From contig NZ_MWQY01000007.1 in the NCBI RefSeq assembly GCF_002087085.1, positions 1 through 64,000 on the forward strand: 64,000 nucleotides of DNA, given 5' to 3'. Below the pieces are notes generated by a model. It was given only the letters and a program-made list of their open reading frames with translations, did not search any database and was not told the origin of the DNA. Shown here in pieces: positions 28,990-38,678 of this stretch (within the stretch, counting starts at the first letter, position 1; the number at the start of each line of letters is the position of its first letter). Position numbers and translations under genes: made by a program.

Positions 28990-30672
28990 ATGGACTGGTC
29001 TGCACTTCTCTACAATCCTGTTCTGATCCTTCTGCGGGTTCTGGGGGGACTGGGGATTTTTCTTTACGGTATGCAGACCATGAGCGAAGGGATTCACAAG
29101 TGGGCAGGCCCGCGGCTTCACGGCGTTGTTCAGGGGCTTACATCGACCCCGCTGTCGGCGATAGTAACGGGAGCGGGAGTTACCGCCCTTATCCAGTCTT
29201 CCTCCGCCACAACGGTTGTACTCGTATCCATGGTTAACGCAGGACTTATCCCCCTCAGAAACGCCATAGCAGTAGTTATGGGGGCGAATATCGGGACAAC
29301 CTTCACCGCCTGGGCGGTCTCTCTTCTGGGATTCTCCCTGGACATCTCCTCCTTCGCCCTCCCGGCCATCGCCATCAGTCTTCCCTTCCGATTCAGCAGG
29401 CGGGAGAGGAACAAGCGTTTCGCATTGATTCTGCTGGGTTTCGGTCTGCTGTTTCTTGGAATCAACGAGATGAAGACAGGGATGTCCGCCCTCGATCAGA
29501 GTGATTTTATCTCCCGGGTCCTCCTTATTTTTCCCGAGAAGGGATTGGGTACCCGCCTGATCTTTATTCTTGTTGGAGCCGGTTTAAGCGTGGTACTCCA
29601 GTCCTCCAGTGCCGCCATAACCCTTACCCTCACCATGGTCTACCTGGGACAGCTGCCCTTTTCCCTGGCGGCGGCCATCGTACTGGGGGAGAATGTAGGA
29701 ACAACCCTCACTGCATACTTTGCGGCTCTTGAGATGTCCGTGGAGGCCAGGCGCTGCGCCAGATCACATCTGCTCTTCAACATCTTCGGTGTAATCTGGA
29801 TGTTTTTTCTGCTGAACCCCATGATTGTTCTGCTGGATATCCTTGTTCCCGGATCCCTTTCGAACCCCCCGGGAACCACCTTTCACCTGGCGGCTTTTCA
29901 CAGCCTTTTCAACATAGTGAACACCCTGCTCCTGGCGGGATTCATCCCGCAGATAGAGAAACTTGTTATCCGCCTGATTCCCGACAGAAAAACGGATCTC
30001 CCGGAAGGCGGAGCCCTTGCGTGGATCAGCGGCAATCTTCCCGAAGCCCGGGATGCCAACCTGATAATCGCCGGGGGAGCCGTTCTGAAGCTCTCCCGGG
30101 AAGTGCGGATCATGGCAGACTACGTTATCAACTTTTTTGAACCCAGCCTTGATGAAAGGCAGGAGCTATCCGCTCTGATTGAGAAAAAGGAACAAAGCGT
30201 CGACGGTATGGAGGAATCCATCCTTACCCATCTCTCCGAATGTGCGCTGCAGAATCTGAGCGAGGAGCAGGCCCAGTGGGTGGCAGCCCGGATGCGCATA
30301 ATCGGGGAATATGAACGCATAGCCGACGGCCTGGTGAATATCCATAATCTGTCGGAAAAACTGCTGCGGAAAAAAAGCGGAGCCGGAAGCGAATCAGTCG
30401 ACCAGATACTGGAAATAGCCTTCGCAGTCAGGGATTTTCTCGAATATATCTCCACCCTGCTGGACCATGCTGTTGCTGACCGGGAAATGGAACTGGCCCG
30501 AACAATGGAAGAAGAGATTATCCGCTTCAGAAACAAGCTGGACAAGATATCCCGAAAGCGGATAAAGTCCGGTGGCAACCTGAAGGGAGAACTGCTGTTC
30601 ATGGAGATAGTCCGTCGCTTCGAGACAATCGGAGATGACTGCATAAGCATAGCAAAGGACCTTTCCCGATAG
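28990..30672 (+). CDS. Na/Pi cotransporter family protein with C-terminal PhoU-like domain
   Basis: Two QSSSA repeats, GANIGTT / GENVGTT; C-terminal ERIAD...E.IGD motifs. Confidence 0.93.
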   Translation: MDWSALLYNPVLILLRVLGGLGIFLYGMQTMSEGIHKWAGPRLHGVVQGLTSTPLSAIVTGAGVTALIQSSSATTVVLVSMVNAGLIPLRNAIAVVMGANIGTTFTAWAVSLLGFSLDISSFALPAIAISLPFRFSRRERNKRFALILLGFGLLFLGINEMKTGMSALDQSDFISRVLLIFPEKGLGTRLIFILVGAGLSVVLQSSSAAITLTLTMVYLGQLPFSLAAAIVLGENVGTTLTAYFAALEMSVEARRCARSHLLFNIFGVIWMFFLLNPMIVLLDILVPGSLSNPPGTTFHLAAFHSLFNIVNTLLLAGFIPQIEKLVIRLIPDRKTDLPEGGALAWISGNLPEARDANLIIAGGAVLKLSREVRIMADYVINFFEPSLDERQELSALIEKKEQSVDGMEESILTHLSECALQNLSEEQAQWVAARMRIIGEYERIADGLVNIHNLSEKLLRKKSGAGSESVDQILEIAFAVRDFLEYISTLLDHAVADREMELARTMEEEIIRFRNKLDKISRKRIKSGGNLKGELLFMEIVRRFETIGDDCISIAKDLSR

Positions 30673-30703
30673 GTTTTAACACCGCTTACGAGGAGAAAAG
30701 GGA

Positions 30704-31066
30704 ATGGCATGCATTCTCCTGGTGGAAGACGAGGCCGTAAACCGCCTGTATCTGCGGCATATCCTCAGCAGAAACGGCTTCACGATTATTGAGGCACGGG
30801 ACGGATTTGAAGCTGTGGACGCTGCCCGGACGGAGAAACCCGACTGCATTCTGATGGACATCGGGCTTCCGAGAATGGACGGGATCGAAGCTATCAGGCA
30901 AATCCGGAGCAGGCGGACCGGGAATCGGATACCCATTCTCGCCGTCACTGCCCATGCACAGATGGCCGATCAGAAACACATCATGGAATCCGGTGCCGAC
31001 GATATCCTTTACAAACCCTACAAAGAGAAGGAACTCCTGGAGAAACTGCTGCGTTTACTAGGATGA
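30704..31066 (+). CDS. Single-domain response regulator
   Basis: LVEDE, LMDIGLPRMDG, VTA and KP motifs. Confidence 0.92.
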   Translation: MACILLVEDEAVNRLYLRHILSRNGFTIIEARDGFEAVDAARTEKPDCILMDIGLPRMDGIEAIRQIRSRRTGNRIPILAVTAHAQMADQKHIMESGADDILYKPYKEKELLEKLLRLLG

Positions 31067-31699
31067 AAGCAGGAACCAGCTGCCGATACCGATACTGATC
31101 TGGGCAATGTAATAGGTCGAAAGAATCGACAGTTCATCGTACCTGACGGGACGCACAAACTTGTTCCAGGCAATTATACAATCCGAGAGGGCGATCAGCA
31201 GGGCTCCGACAATGAACAGGGGCTGCCGGGTACCGAAGGCCGCACCGATAACCAGGGCGGAAATCGCCGTGTATCCGCAGACGGCCCAGAAGAGCAGGGG
31301 ATCCTCGATCTTCGGCCTGAGAACCAGCAGAAGGTACAAAAGCAGCGCCAGGGAAAACACCGCCAGAATCGGCAGATTAAAACCCCCGAGAACAAGAAAA
31401 GCGCTCAGATACCCCGCATGGGCGAAGAAGAAACCGATTACTCCGTGTATAAAGGTATCATCGCCGCGGGACAGGAAAAAATCCCCCACCATGGAAGCCC
31501 CCAGGGCGAAGGCCAGGCCCCATACGAACAGAGCCTCCCCGGCTGTCCCCGCGTAGAGGGCATAGCCGACGAGCAGGAGCAGTACGCTGCCTGTTACCGT
31601 CAGTTTTACCTGCGTACGACCTTTTCCCCGGTGAGCGTAACAGATCGATACTATTGCGGTAATCGCAGGAAAAAACCAGAACACATATTTTGTAATCAT
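31058..31699 (-). CDS. YhhN/lysoplasmalogenase family membrane protein
   Basis: GD.FL, F..AH..Y, SD..IA and TYY.AQ motifs. Confidence 0.85.
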   Translation of the reverse strand: MITKYVFWFFPAITAIVSICYAHRGKGRTQVKLTVTGSVLLLLVGYALYAGTAGEALFVWGLAFALGASMVGDFFLSRGDDTFIHGVIGFFFAHAGYLSAFLVLGGFNLPILAVFSLALLLYLLLVLRPKIEDPLLFWAVCGYTAISALVIGAAFGTRQPLFIVGALLIALSDCIIAWNKFVRPVRYDELSILSTYYIAQISIGIGSWFLLSS

Positions 31700-31851
31700 G
31701 GTAGTATTCTACTATTCTCCTGATCCCGGGGCAAGAATTATCGGGAGGTCCTGTCTGTTGTCATCAGGAATGGAGATTACTGTTCTTTTCAATAAATTGC
31801 TGGTATACTGTTTTTTACGGATAAAATATACGAAAAAAGGAGACTTCGCTT

Positions 31852-33783
31852 GTGAATCTTAGAATAAAACTGCTTCTGGCTTTTCTCTGCTTTGCTGTAA
31901 TATTCGCCGGAGTCGTTCAGGTTACGCTCACGAGTTCCCGGGATGTCGTTGAGCTGGCGAATCAGAGCCGTTTTGCAACCGCAGCCCTCTCGGACTGGAA
32001 CAAGCTCAACCTGGTAAATATTAAACTCTTGTCTGTATTGAACTCTCCGGACTACTTCAGTCAGAACTGGCCGGAAGCATACGATTCCTTCGACGAAGGA
32101 ATGACACGGTTGATGGAATCCAGGGAGCTCAACAGCATTCCCCGGATCGCGGATGAGCTGGAGAGCCTTTCAAACCTGTACACCCTGATAAAGCCGAACA
32201 TCGAATCCATAGGAAGCCTGTATACCGACAAGGAAAATACCGGACTTTTGTCGCGGCTGCGGTCTCAGAGTCTCTATCAGCTCCTGGAACAGGTAAAGAA
32301 CAACCGCCAGGAAGCAGGACTCTATATTGAGGCACTGCGCTTCGAAAACCTTATAAACAGCCTTGAGATATCCTCCGATGCCTTTGACAAGCTGCTCACC
32401 CGGATGCCCACCCTGCTGGACGAAGAGATCCGGAGAGTTTCCGAGAGACAGCAGCTTATGGTACTGGCCGCCATTGCCCTGGTGGGACTTGTCTCCGTAC
32501 TGTTCGCGATACTCTTCTCCGGACGCATCAGCAGGCGGATTGTCCGCATCGAAGAGGTCATGAGCGCCGTTTCAAATCGCAACCTTACGGTACAGTCGGG
32601 TATAAAGGTCAGGGATGAAACAGGGCGGCTGGCGGAGCATATAAACACGGTAATCTCAAATCTGAAGAATATCATTGATGAAATCAAGGAGAGCTCCATG
32701 GAGGCGATGCACCTCCAGGAAGAGCTTTCCACCTCCACCGCCGAGTCCTCCGCCGCAATGACCCAGATCGCTGCGAACATCAAGAATATTGAACGCCAGT
32801 TCACCTCCCTGGACGAGGTAATTCAGAACGTTGACAAGTCGGTCAACTCCATCAGCCGCCTCATTAATTCCCAGAACCAGGGCATCGAGCAGCAGTCAGC
32901 GGCGATTGTGCAGTCATCATCCACAATCGAGGAGATGGCCGCCTCAATTCAGAACATATCCCGCCTGGCCCAGGAACGGGCCGAGGGGGTCCATAATCTG
33001 GTTAACGTTACCGCCAGGGGATCGGAGCGGGTGGAAACCACCTCGTCTCTCATCCGGCAGATCTCCAGGGAGATTGAAGGGCTTCTGGAAATAATCGACA
33101 TAATCAACTCCATTGCCGAGCAGACCGACATGCTCAGCATGAACGCCGCCATCGAATCCGCCCACGCCGGAGAGGCCGGCAAGGGATTTGCCGTAGTCGC
33201 AGAAGAGATCCGCAAGCTCGCCGAGTCAACAACGGAAAACGCCCAGATGGTTACCAGATCGCTGAAGTCCATTACCAGCCGTATAACCGAAGCCGATGAA
33301 AGCTCCCAGGAGAGTCTTGCGACCCTGAAGGAGGTAAACACCGAGGTGGACAATACCTCGAGGGCTTTTACGGACATCTCCCAGGCAATGGTGGAGATGG
33401 CAAACGGCACCACCGAAGTAGTCTCCGGTACCACCGAAGTACGGAGTGCCTCCGACGAGATCAAGCAGGGGGCCGGTTCCATTCAGAAAGAAGCGGAACA
33501 GATTTCCCATAACGTGCAGGAAGTACGACAGCTCTCTGCCCAGGTACTGAACGGTATCAGGGAGATAGATGCAGGAGGCGAAGAGGTCATAAAGGCCATA
33601 AGCTCCCTCAACGAAGCCGGTACTGTTACCCGGGAGAATATGGCGAACCTTTCATCCATGGTTTCCGCCTTCATAACCAGCAGCGATGAAGCCGGGGATG
33701 CTCCTGCGACGGAAAAGGCGTCCGGGGCGGAAGAGACGATGGAAGAAGCAGAAGAAGAGACTGCCGTAAGGATTTCAGACTGA
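31852..33783 (+). CDS. Methyl-accepting chemotaxis protein (2 TM, HAMP, MCP signal domain)
   Basis: [37 protein letters not shown]. Confidence 0.95.
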   Translation: MNLRIKLLLAFLCFAVIFAGVVQVTLTSSRDVVELANQSRFATAALSDWNKLNLVNIKLLSVLNSPDYFSQNWPEAYDSFDEGMTRLMESRELNSIPRIADELESLSNLYTLIKPNIESIGSLYTDKENTGLLSRLRSQSLYQLLEQVKNNRQEAGLYIEALRFENLINSLEISSDAFDKLLTRMPTLLDEEIRRVSERQQLMVLAAIALVGLVSVLFAILFSGRISRRIVRIEEVMSAVSNRNLTVQSGIKVRDETGRLAEHINTVISNLKNIIDEIKESSMEAMHLQEELSTSTAESSAAMTQIAANIKNIERQFTSLDEVIQNVDKSVNSISRLINSQNQGIEQQSAAIVQSSSTIEEMAASIQNISRLAQERAEGVHNLVNVTARGSERVETTSSLIRQISREIEGLLEIIDIINSIAEQTDMLSMNAAIESAHAGEAGKGFAVVAEEIRKLAESTTENAQMVTRSLKSITSRITEADESSQESLATLKEVNTEVDNTSRAFTDISQAMVEMANGTTEVVSGTTEVRSASDEIKQGAGSIQKEAEQISHNVQEVRQLSAQVLNGIREIDAGGEEVIKAISSLNEAGTVTRENMANLSSMVSAFITSSDEAGDAPATEKASGAEETMEEAEEETAVRISD

Positions 33784-33827
33784 TTACGCTTGAAGAAGCC
33801 CCGGCGAGGGGATAGACTTTCAGGCGT

Positions 33828-34571
33828 ATGAGAAACGCAACCCCCGTGCTTCTGATCCTCAGTCTGATCCTCGCGGCCCTCAGCTCATGCAGCGTCGCAA
33901 GCTCCATTCAGTTGGAGGACGCTGCAGCAGGGAACGTCAATACACGCATAACCATGGATCCCCTCCTGCGTGAGTATCTGGGCGATCTGGCGGAAGTGCA
34001 GGGGGCCGATGTGGACGAATCCACCAGTTTCTTTGATACCGCCGCCCTGACAGCGGGATTCGCCACTGCCGACGGGATTTCCCTTACCGGACTGATCCTT
34101 GAAGCCCCGGAGACGCTGCGGATTCTCGCCAGCTTCGCCGACATTCAGCATATTTTTCCCGGTAATATCGATACCCGGAGCAACCCGGTTTTCTCCTTCC
34201 GGCGTTCCGGAAATACCGGAACCTTGAATATCCGCATAGATTCCCGTAATGTGGCCTCCATTCTGGAGATGATCCCCATGGGGAGCGACCCCGTTTCCCA
34301 AACGGTAACCGGAGTTTTTCAGAACGGGGGCGACGAAGAGGAGCTCAAGGAGATGCTGATCTGGACCTTTGAGGAGTACGCCCCGGCGGATACCATAGAA
34401 AGAATGATTGATTCCGCCGCCATTCTTCTCCGCATACAGGTACCCGGACGGATTGAAAACATCGAGGGAGGAATACGACATTCGGCGGACACGGCAGAGT
34501 TCCGGATTCCCCTTCTGCGCTTCATGAGCCTGAACCCTCCCCTTGAGTTCGCGGTCAGCTATTCACTGTAG
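33828..34571 (+). CDS. Hypothetical lipoprotein
   Basis: Lipobox ALSSC; promoter TTGAAG-17 bp-TAGACT ends 9 nt before the ATG. Confidence 0.72.
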   Translation: MRNATPVLLILSLILAALSSCSVASSIQLEDAAAGNVNTRITMDPLLREYLGDLAEVQGADVDESTSFFDTAALTAGFATADGISLTGLILEAPETLRILASFADIQHIFPGNIDTRSNPVFSFRRSGNTGTLNIRIDSRNVASILEMIPMGSDPVSQTVTGVFQNGGDEEELKEMLIWTFEEYAPADTIERMIDSAAILLRIQVPGRIENIEGGIRHSADTAEFRIPLLRFMSLNPPLEFAVSYSL

Positions 34572-35228
34572 ATCAAGAAACCGGAGGATTCTCCTGCGTT
34601 CCTTCCGGGAAAAACCGGTAATCTTCAGGTCCGGCTCGAAGGCTGGAGTATTCCAAGATTCCGCTGTTTCAAGACCAATACAGAAAAGCCCCGCACGTCT
34701 GGCGGATTCGATCCCCGAGGGGGAGTCCTCAATCGCCGCTGCACTGCGGAAGGGTACCCCCAGGAGTTCCGTTGCCCTCCGATAGGGTTCAGGATCCGGC
34801 TTGCACCTGTCCACCTCGTCACCGGCAACCCGCACAGGAAAGTATAACGAAAAGCCGGCCGTCTCCAGCACATGATCGACATAGGCCCTGGCCGAGGATG
34901 ACGCTACTGCCGTAAGTATCCCCAGGGAACGAAGCTCCACCAGCAGTTCAGAGACTCCATCCCGGGGAAGAAGGGCCCGGGAAGAGAGTCTTTCCAGGGT
35001 CCGTGCAGCCTGAAGCTTCGCCATGTTCTTTGCCCCGGGGTGCCCGGTCAGCTGGTTTTCACTGATCAGAGTTTCCCACATCTCTTCATCGGACACCCCG
35101 ATAAAGCGGCGCGTCTCTTCCCGGGAAAGGGATATTCCCAGATCCCCGGCCAGGGCAACCAGGGTTTCGGCATGAAAGGGTTCGGAATCCACCAGGACCC
35201 CGTCCAGATCGAAGATAACAGCCTTCAA
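34563..35228 (-). CDS. HAD-family phosphatase (sugar/hexitol-phosphate phosphatase-like)
   Basis: FDLDGVLVDSE, ASSS, KPDP and EDS..G motifs; last gene of the mtl operon. Confidence 0.9.
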   Translation of the reverse strand: MKAVIFDLDGVLVDSEPFHAETLVALAGDLGISLSREETRRFIGVSDEEMWETLISENQLTGHPGAKNMAKLQAARTLERLSSRALLPRDGVSELLVELRSLGILTAVASSSARAYVDHVLETAGFSLYFPVRVAGDEVDRCKPDPEPYRRATELLGVPFRSAAAIEDSPSGIESARRAGLFCIGLETAESWNTPAFEPDLKITGFSRKERRRILRFLDLQ

Positions 35229-36562
35229 GGAAGAGAGCTCTCCCGTTTCGTCGGAGGCGTTACCGGCGTCAGGCGGACCACCGGTTTCCCCCGGCTGGCC
35301 ACAATGATCTCCCGTCCCGCCATGGCTTCATCCACGAGCTGGGCGAAGTTATCCCTGGCCTCCTTCATTGAGACGATTCTGATCCACTGCCGGACGTAAT
35401 TCCGCACAAGGTCTTCGACTCCCCGGTCCTCGTAGGCGTTTTCAATGGCCGTCAGCACATCCGCATCCTTCAGGGAGGTTACGCGGGGAATCACCTCCCT
35501 GATATCGCTGATTTCAAGCAGCTCCCGCAGGCGTTCTGCCTGGGGATCATCCTCGTTACGGAAATAGAGGGCCGCAGCAATACCGATCAGCAGGTTCTGG
35601 TTCGGGAAACCGTACTCTATGGTTCCCCGCAGGGGCTTGATCAGTCGATCGTCAAATCCGAGCTTCCGCAGCGGCTGCCTTCCGACCCGCTGGACATCGT
35701 CCTTGAGCCAGGGATTTTCAAAACGCCGCAGGATTTTTTCGATGTAGCCCCTGTGTATGTCCCGGTCAAATCCATACCGTCGCACCAGGACCTCGCCGCT
35801 CTCTTCCATGGCCCCCCGGACCACCTGCCGGACCTGTTCATCCCGTATACTCTGGTCTATTGTCCGGTGGCCGTACAGGGAACCGAGATAGGCCGCGATG
35901 GCATGGCCGGTGTTCAGGGTAAAGAGTTTTCGTTCCACGAAGGCAGTCAGAGTGTCGGTCAGCTGCATCCCCTCGATCTCGGGGATGCTGCCGGCGAAGC
36001 CTCGCCGGTCGACAATCCATTCGCTGAACTCCTCCACCCGCACCCGAAGGATGTCTCCGGACTTCTCCATGGGAGGCACTATCCTGTCTACAGCGGAATC
36101 GGGAAATCCCACATGCTCCTTGATGAAGCTTTTTACATCCTTGTCCAGTGAGCCTTCCACCAGTTCCTTCAATCTGCTGGATGCATTAATCATGTTCTCA
36201 CAGGCGATAATATTGAGTGCTCCGGAGACCCCCTTCTGCATACGGTGTTTGAGCCCCGCCGCAATAGGGGGGGCAATATGTTCAAGAACGGCAGGCCCTA
36301 CGGCGGTAGTCACAATCTCCGCCTCGGCGATTGCATCGAGGAGCAGTTGATCACCGGGATAACAGCCGCTTACCGGGGTGATGGTTTCTTCCCTGCGGGT
36401 TTCTCCGACTATTTCAACAGTATACTCTCCCCTTTTCTGCAGTTCGGGAATTATTGAATCGCTTATATCCACAAACAGAACCCGGTATCCTGAGCGGGAC
36501 AGGAGGGCACCGATAAAACCTCTCCCGATATTTCCCGCCCCAAACTGTACCGCCAGTTTCAT
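35225..36562 (-). CDS. mtlD: Mannitol-1-phosphate 5-dehydrogenase with a C-terminal Phd/YefM-like extension
   Basis: FGAGNIGRGFIG, ACEN, AVDRIVP, ERKLFTLNTGH and RVGRQPLRKL motifs; extra C-terminal segment IVSMKEARDNFAQLVDEAMAGREIIVASRGKPVVRL. Confidence 0.93.
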   Translation of the reverse strand: MKLAVQFGAGNIGRGFIGALLSRSGYRVLFVDISDSIIPELQKRGEYTVEIVGETRREETITPVSGCYPGDQLLLDAIAEAEIVTTAVGPAVLEHIAPPIAAGLKHRMQKGVSGALNIIACENMINASSRLKELVEGSLDKDVKSFIKEHVGFPDSAVDRIVPPMEKSGDILRVRVEEFSEWIVDRRGFAGSIPEIEGMQLTDTLTAFVERKLFTLNTGHAIAAYLGSLYGHRTIDQSIRDEQVRQVVRGAMEESGEVLVRRYGFDRDIHRGYIEKILRRFENPWLKDDVQRVGRQPLRKLGFDDRLIKPLRGTIEYGFPNQNLLIGIAAALYFRNEDDPQAERLRELLEISDIREVIPRVTSLKDADVLTAIENAYEDRGVEDLVRNYVRQWIRIVSMKEARDNFAQLVDEAMAGREIIVASRGKPVVRLTPVTPPTKRESSLP

Positions 36563-36617
36563 TTCCTTTTCCTTCTGCATTCTTTTCCTCTTTCCTCTGT
36601 AAGTCCTGAACAAGGGA

Positions 36618-38675
36618 TCAGCCGAATTTCTGGCTGAACAGGGTCAGGAGCCGTCCCTGGATATCCCGCCTGCTTCCCCTGGCGAGAACATCAGCAAAGT
36701 CCCCAAAGTCCGTAAGGGCTATGACTATCTCCGAAAGTGCGTGGGTCTGCACCGGGGAAGCGGTCAGCGGAGCCGCCAGGACAAGTACCGTCGGTTCCAT
36801 GGGGACTGTCTGGATGACCCCGGCCCGGGGTTCCGGTACCCCCTCGGTACGGCAATGAAGAATGCGGACATTCAATTCTTCAAAAACAAGGCTTCCGTAG
36901 GATTCCCTGCGTTCAAAATCCCTTCTCAGGATCTCGGTATTACAGTCTCCCCGTTCGGAAAGAGCCAGGACCGCCTGGGACAGAAGATCCGAGCGGGCCT
37001 GGCGTTTCTCGACAAAAAATCCGCTTATCACCGACATGATTACCGGCAGAGACAGATCCTGAGCCTGTCCGCCCAGGGTCACCACATCCCGCTTTCGCTC
37101 CGGTCGTTTCGGCTCATCGTTTTCCGGCCGGACTCCAGGTCTCTCCAGATCCGCCGCAGCCTCCCGGAGCTGGGCCCGAATGTCCTCCGGCGAAGAATCG
37201 ACCCGGATGATCAGATGCCGGCACCCCCGGATTTTTACAGGAAACGAGGAGATCACAAGATCATACTCCCCGGGAACCTGGTTCTCTTCAAAATCGGGAT
37301 CCCACTGGGAATCTATAAGCACTCCCCGGGGCAGAACATCCCGTACAAGGGCGGCAATATAATTCGACATACCCAGACCTTCCAGGCAAAGTATCCTGAC
37401 CCTGAGCTCCGGTGCATGTCTGGACTGAAGAACCTCTATATGGGCCCCCAGGGCGAGAGATGCCTCCTGTATCTCCCTGCGAACCTTGGACGGCGAGATA
37501 TCCGGCAAGCGATCGTCCATTTCCGCCATGAACTGGGTCACCAGCGAGGCGGCCTCCGGGGAGTCCTCCAGCCCGGGATAGGGATGCAGGCCGGTTTCAC
37601 GCCATCCCGGGATCCCCAGATCGATCCGTCGGGCCGCTGCGGAGAGGGTCATGCGCAGATAGTTCAGGAGCAGCCGGTCATCATGGAGCCAGACCCGGCG
37701 GGACCCTTCCAGGCTGCCGAGGGTATGCTCGATGATGGCATTCACCGGTCCCCACAGATCTCCCAGATATTCCTCCACGGATTCCACTGAAGCGGCGGCC
37801 GTTTCCAGGGAAGCCAGAACCCGGGCCAGCAGAAGAACTTCCTCATTGGTATCGGAATCGGAGGATAAAAGTTCCCAGGCATCGACGGTCATCATCCTGC
37901 GGGCGGCCTGGATATATATTTCCGGAATGTTCAAACCCGAGGGACTGAGGCGGCGAAGGTTTCCGGTAAGAGGTATACGACGGGCAAGAAGAAACAGATA
38001 GGAGTAAAGAACCCCGGAGGACGAGGGAGAAAGCCTGTACCCGAGGACATCTTCAGCTTCGCGTATGATCGTAAAAAAACGATCCCGGTAGTCGCGGATT
38101 CCAATGAGCCGGATCATCCGCTCCTCACCGCTTCCGCTGTCTCCATCGTTCTCGCTCCCGTATAACAGATATACCGGTACGAAGTTTGGAAAAGCGGACA
38201 GGAACAGCATCCGTATATCCGTCTCATCCGCCAGCATTCGCACCCCCGTGCCCTTCTGCTTCTCGATAAAAACGGAATCCGGCAGGATCTCCTCCAGGGA
38301 TGAAATGTCGCTGCTTACCGTCGAGTCGCTGACAAAGAGGACATGGGCAATTTCGGAGAGTTTTATCCAGTCTGCGGCAAGAATCATGTAGAGCAGGATC
38401 AGAAGTGGTCGCTGTCCGCTTTCCGCAACAGAGGGTCCCCGCATATGTCCGGCGCTTTCCATAAGCCGCGTCGGTACCGGATCAATGAGCCGTACCCCGA
38501 ATCCCCGCCGCCGCTCCATTCGCACGCCCCGAAGGCTCAGGCTGCGTTCCAGGACCTCCAGGTCCCGATGGATCGTCCTGACCCCCGCTCCGGTCGCTTC
38601 GGCGATCTGCTCAACGGTTGTGTAGTTTGAGCTGCCCGCGAGGAGTTTCAGCACTTCCAGGAGTCGGGAGGTCAT
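36618..38675 (-). CDS. PRD-type (MtlR/BglG-like) transcriptional regulator with HTH, EIIB-like and EIIA-like domains
   Basis: N-terminal HTH (RTIHRDL), Mga-like HTH (LFVS.STV..DI), CLEGLGMS (EIIB-like) and RE..GS......ILH (EIIA-like). Confidence 0.8.
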   Translation of the reverse strand: MTSRLLEVLKLLAGSSNYTTVEQIAEATGAGVRTIHRDLEVLERSLSLRGVRMERRRGFGVRLIDPVPTRLMESAGHMRGPSVAESGQRPLLILLYMILAADWIKLSEIAHVLFVSDSTVSSDISSLEEILPDSVFIEKQKGTGVRMLADETDIRMLFLSAFPNFVPVYLLYGSENDGDSGSGEERMIRLIGIRDYRDRFFTIIREAEDVLGYRLSPSSSGVLYSYLFLLARRIPLTGNLRRLSPSGLNIPEIYIQAARRMMTVDAWELLSSDSDTNEEVLLLARVLASLETAAASVESVEEYLGDLWGPVNAIIEHTLGSLEGSRRVWLHDDRLLLNYLRMTLSAAARRIDLGIPGWRETGLHPYPGLEDSPEAASLVTQFMAEMDDRLPDISPSKVRREIQEASLALGAHIEVLQSRHAPELRVRILCLEGLGMSNYIAALVRDVLPRGVLIDSQWDPDFEENQVPGEYDLVISSFPVKIRGCRHLIIRVDSSPEDIRAQLREAAADLERPGVRPENDEPKRPERKRDVVTLGGQAQDLSLPVIMSVISGFFVEKRQARSDLLSQAVLALSERGDCNTEILRRDFERRESYGSLVFEELNVRILHCRTEGVPEPRAGVIQTVPMEPTVLVLAAPLTASPVQTHALSEIVIALTDFGDFADVLARGSRRDIQGRLLTLFSQKFG

Positions 38676-38678
38676 TGC

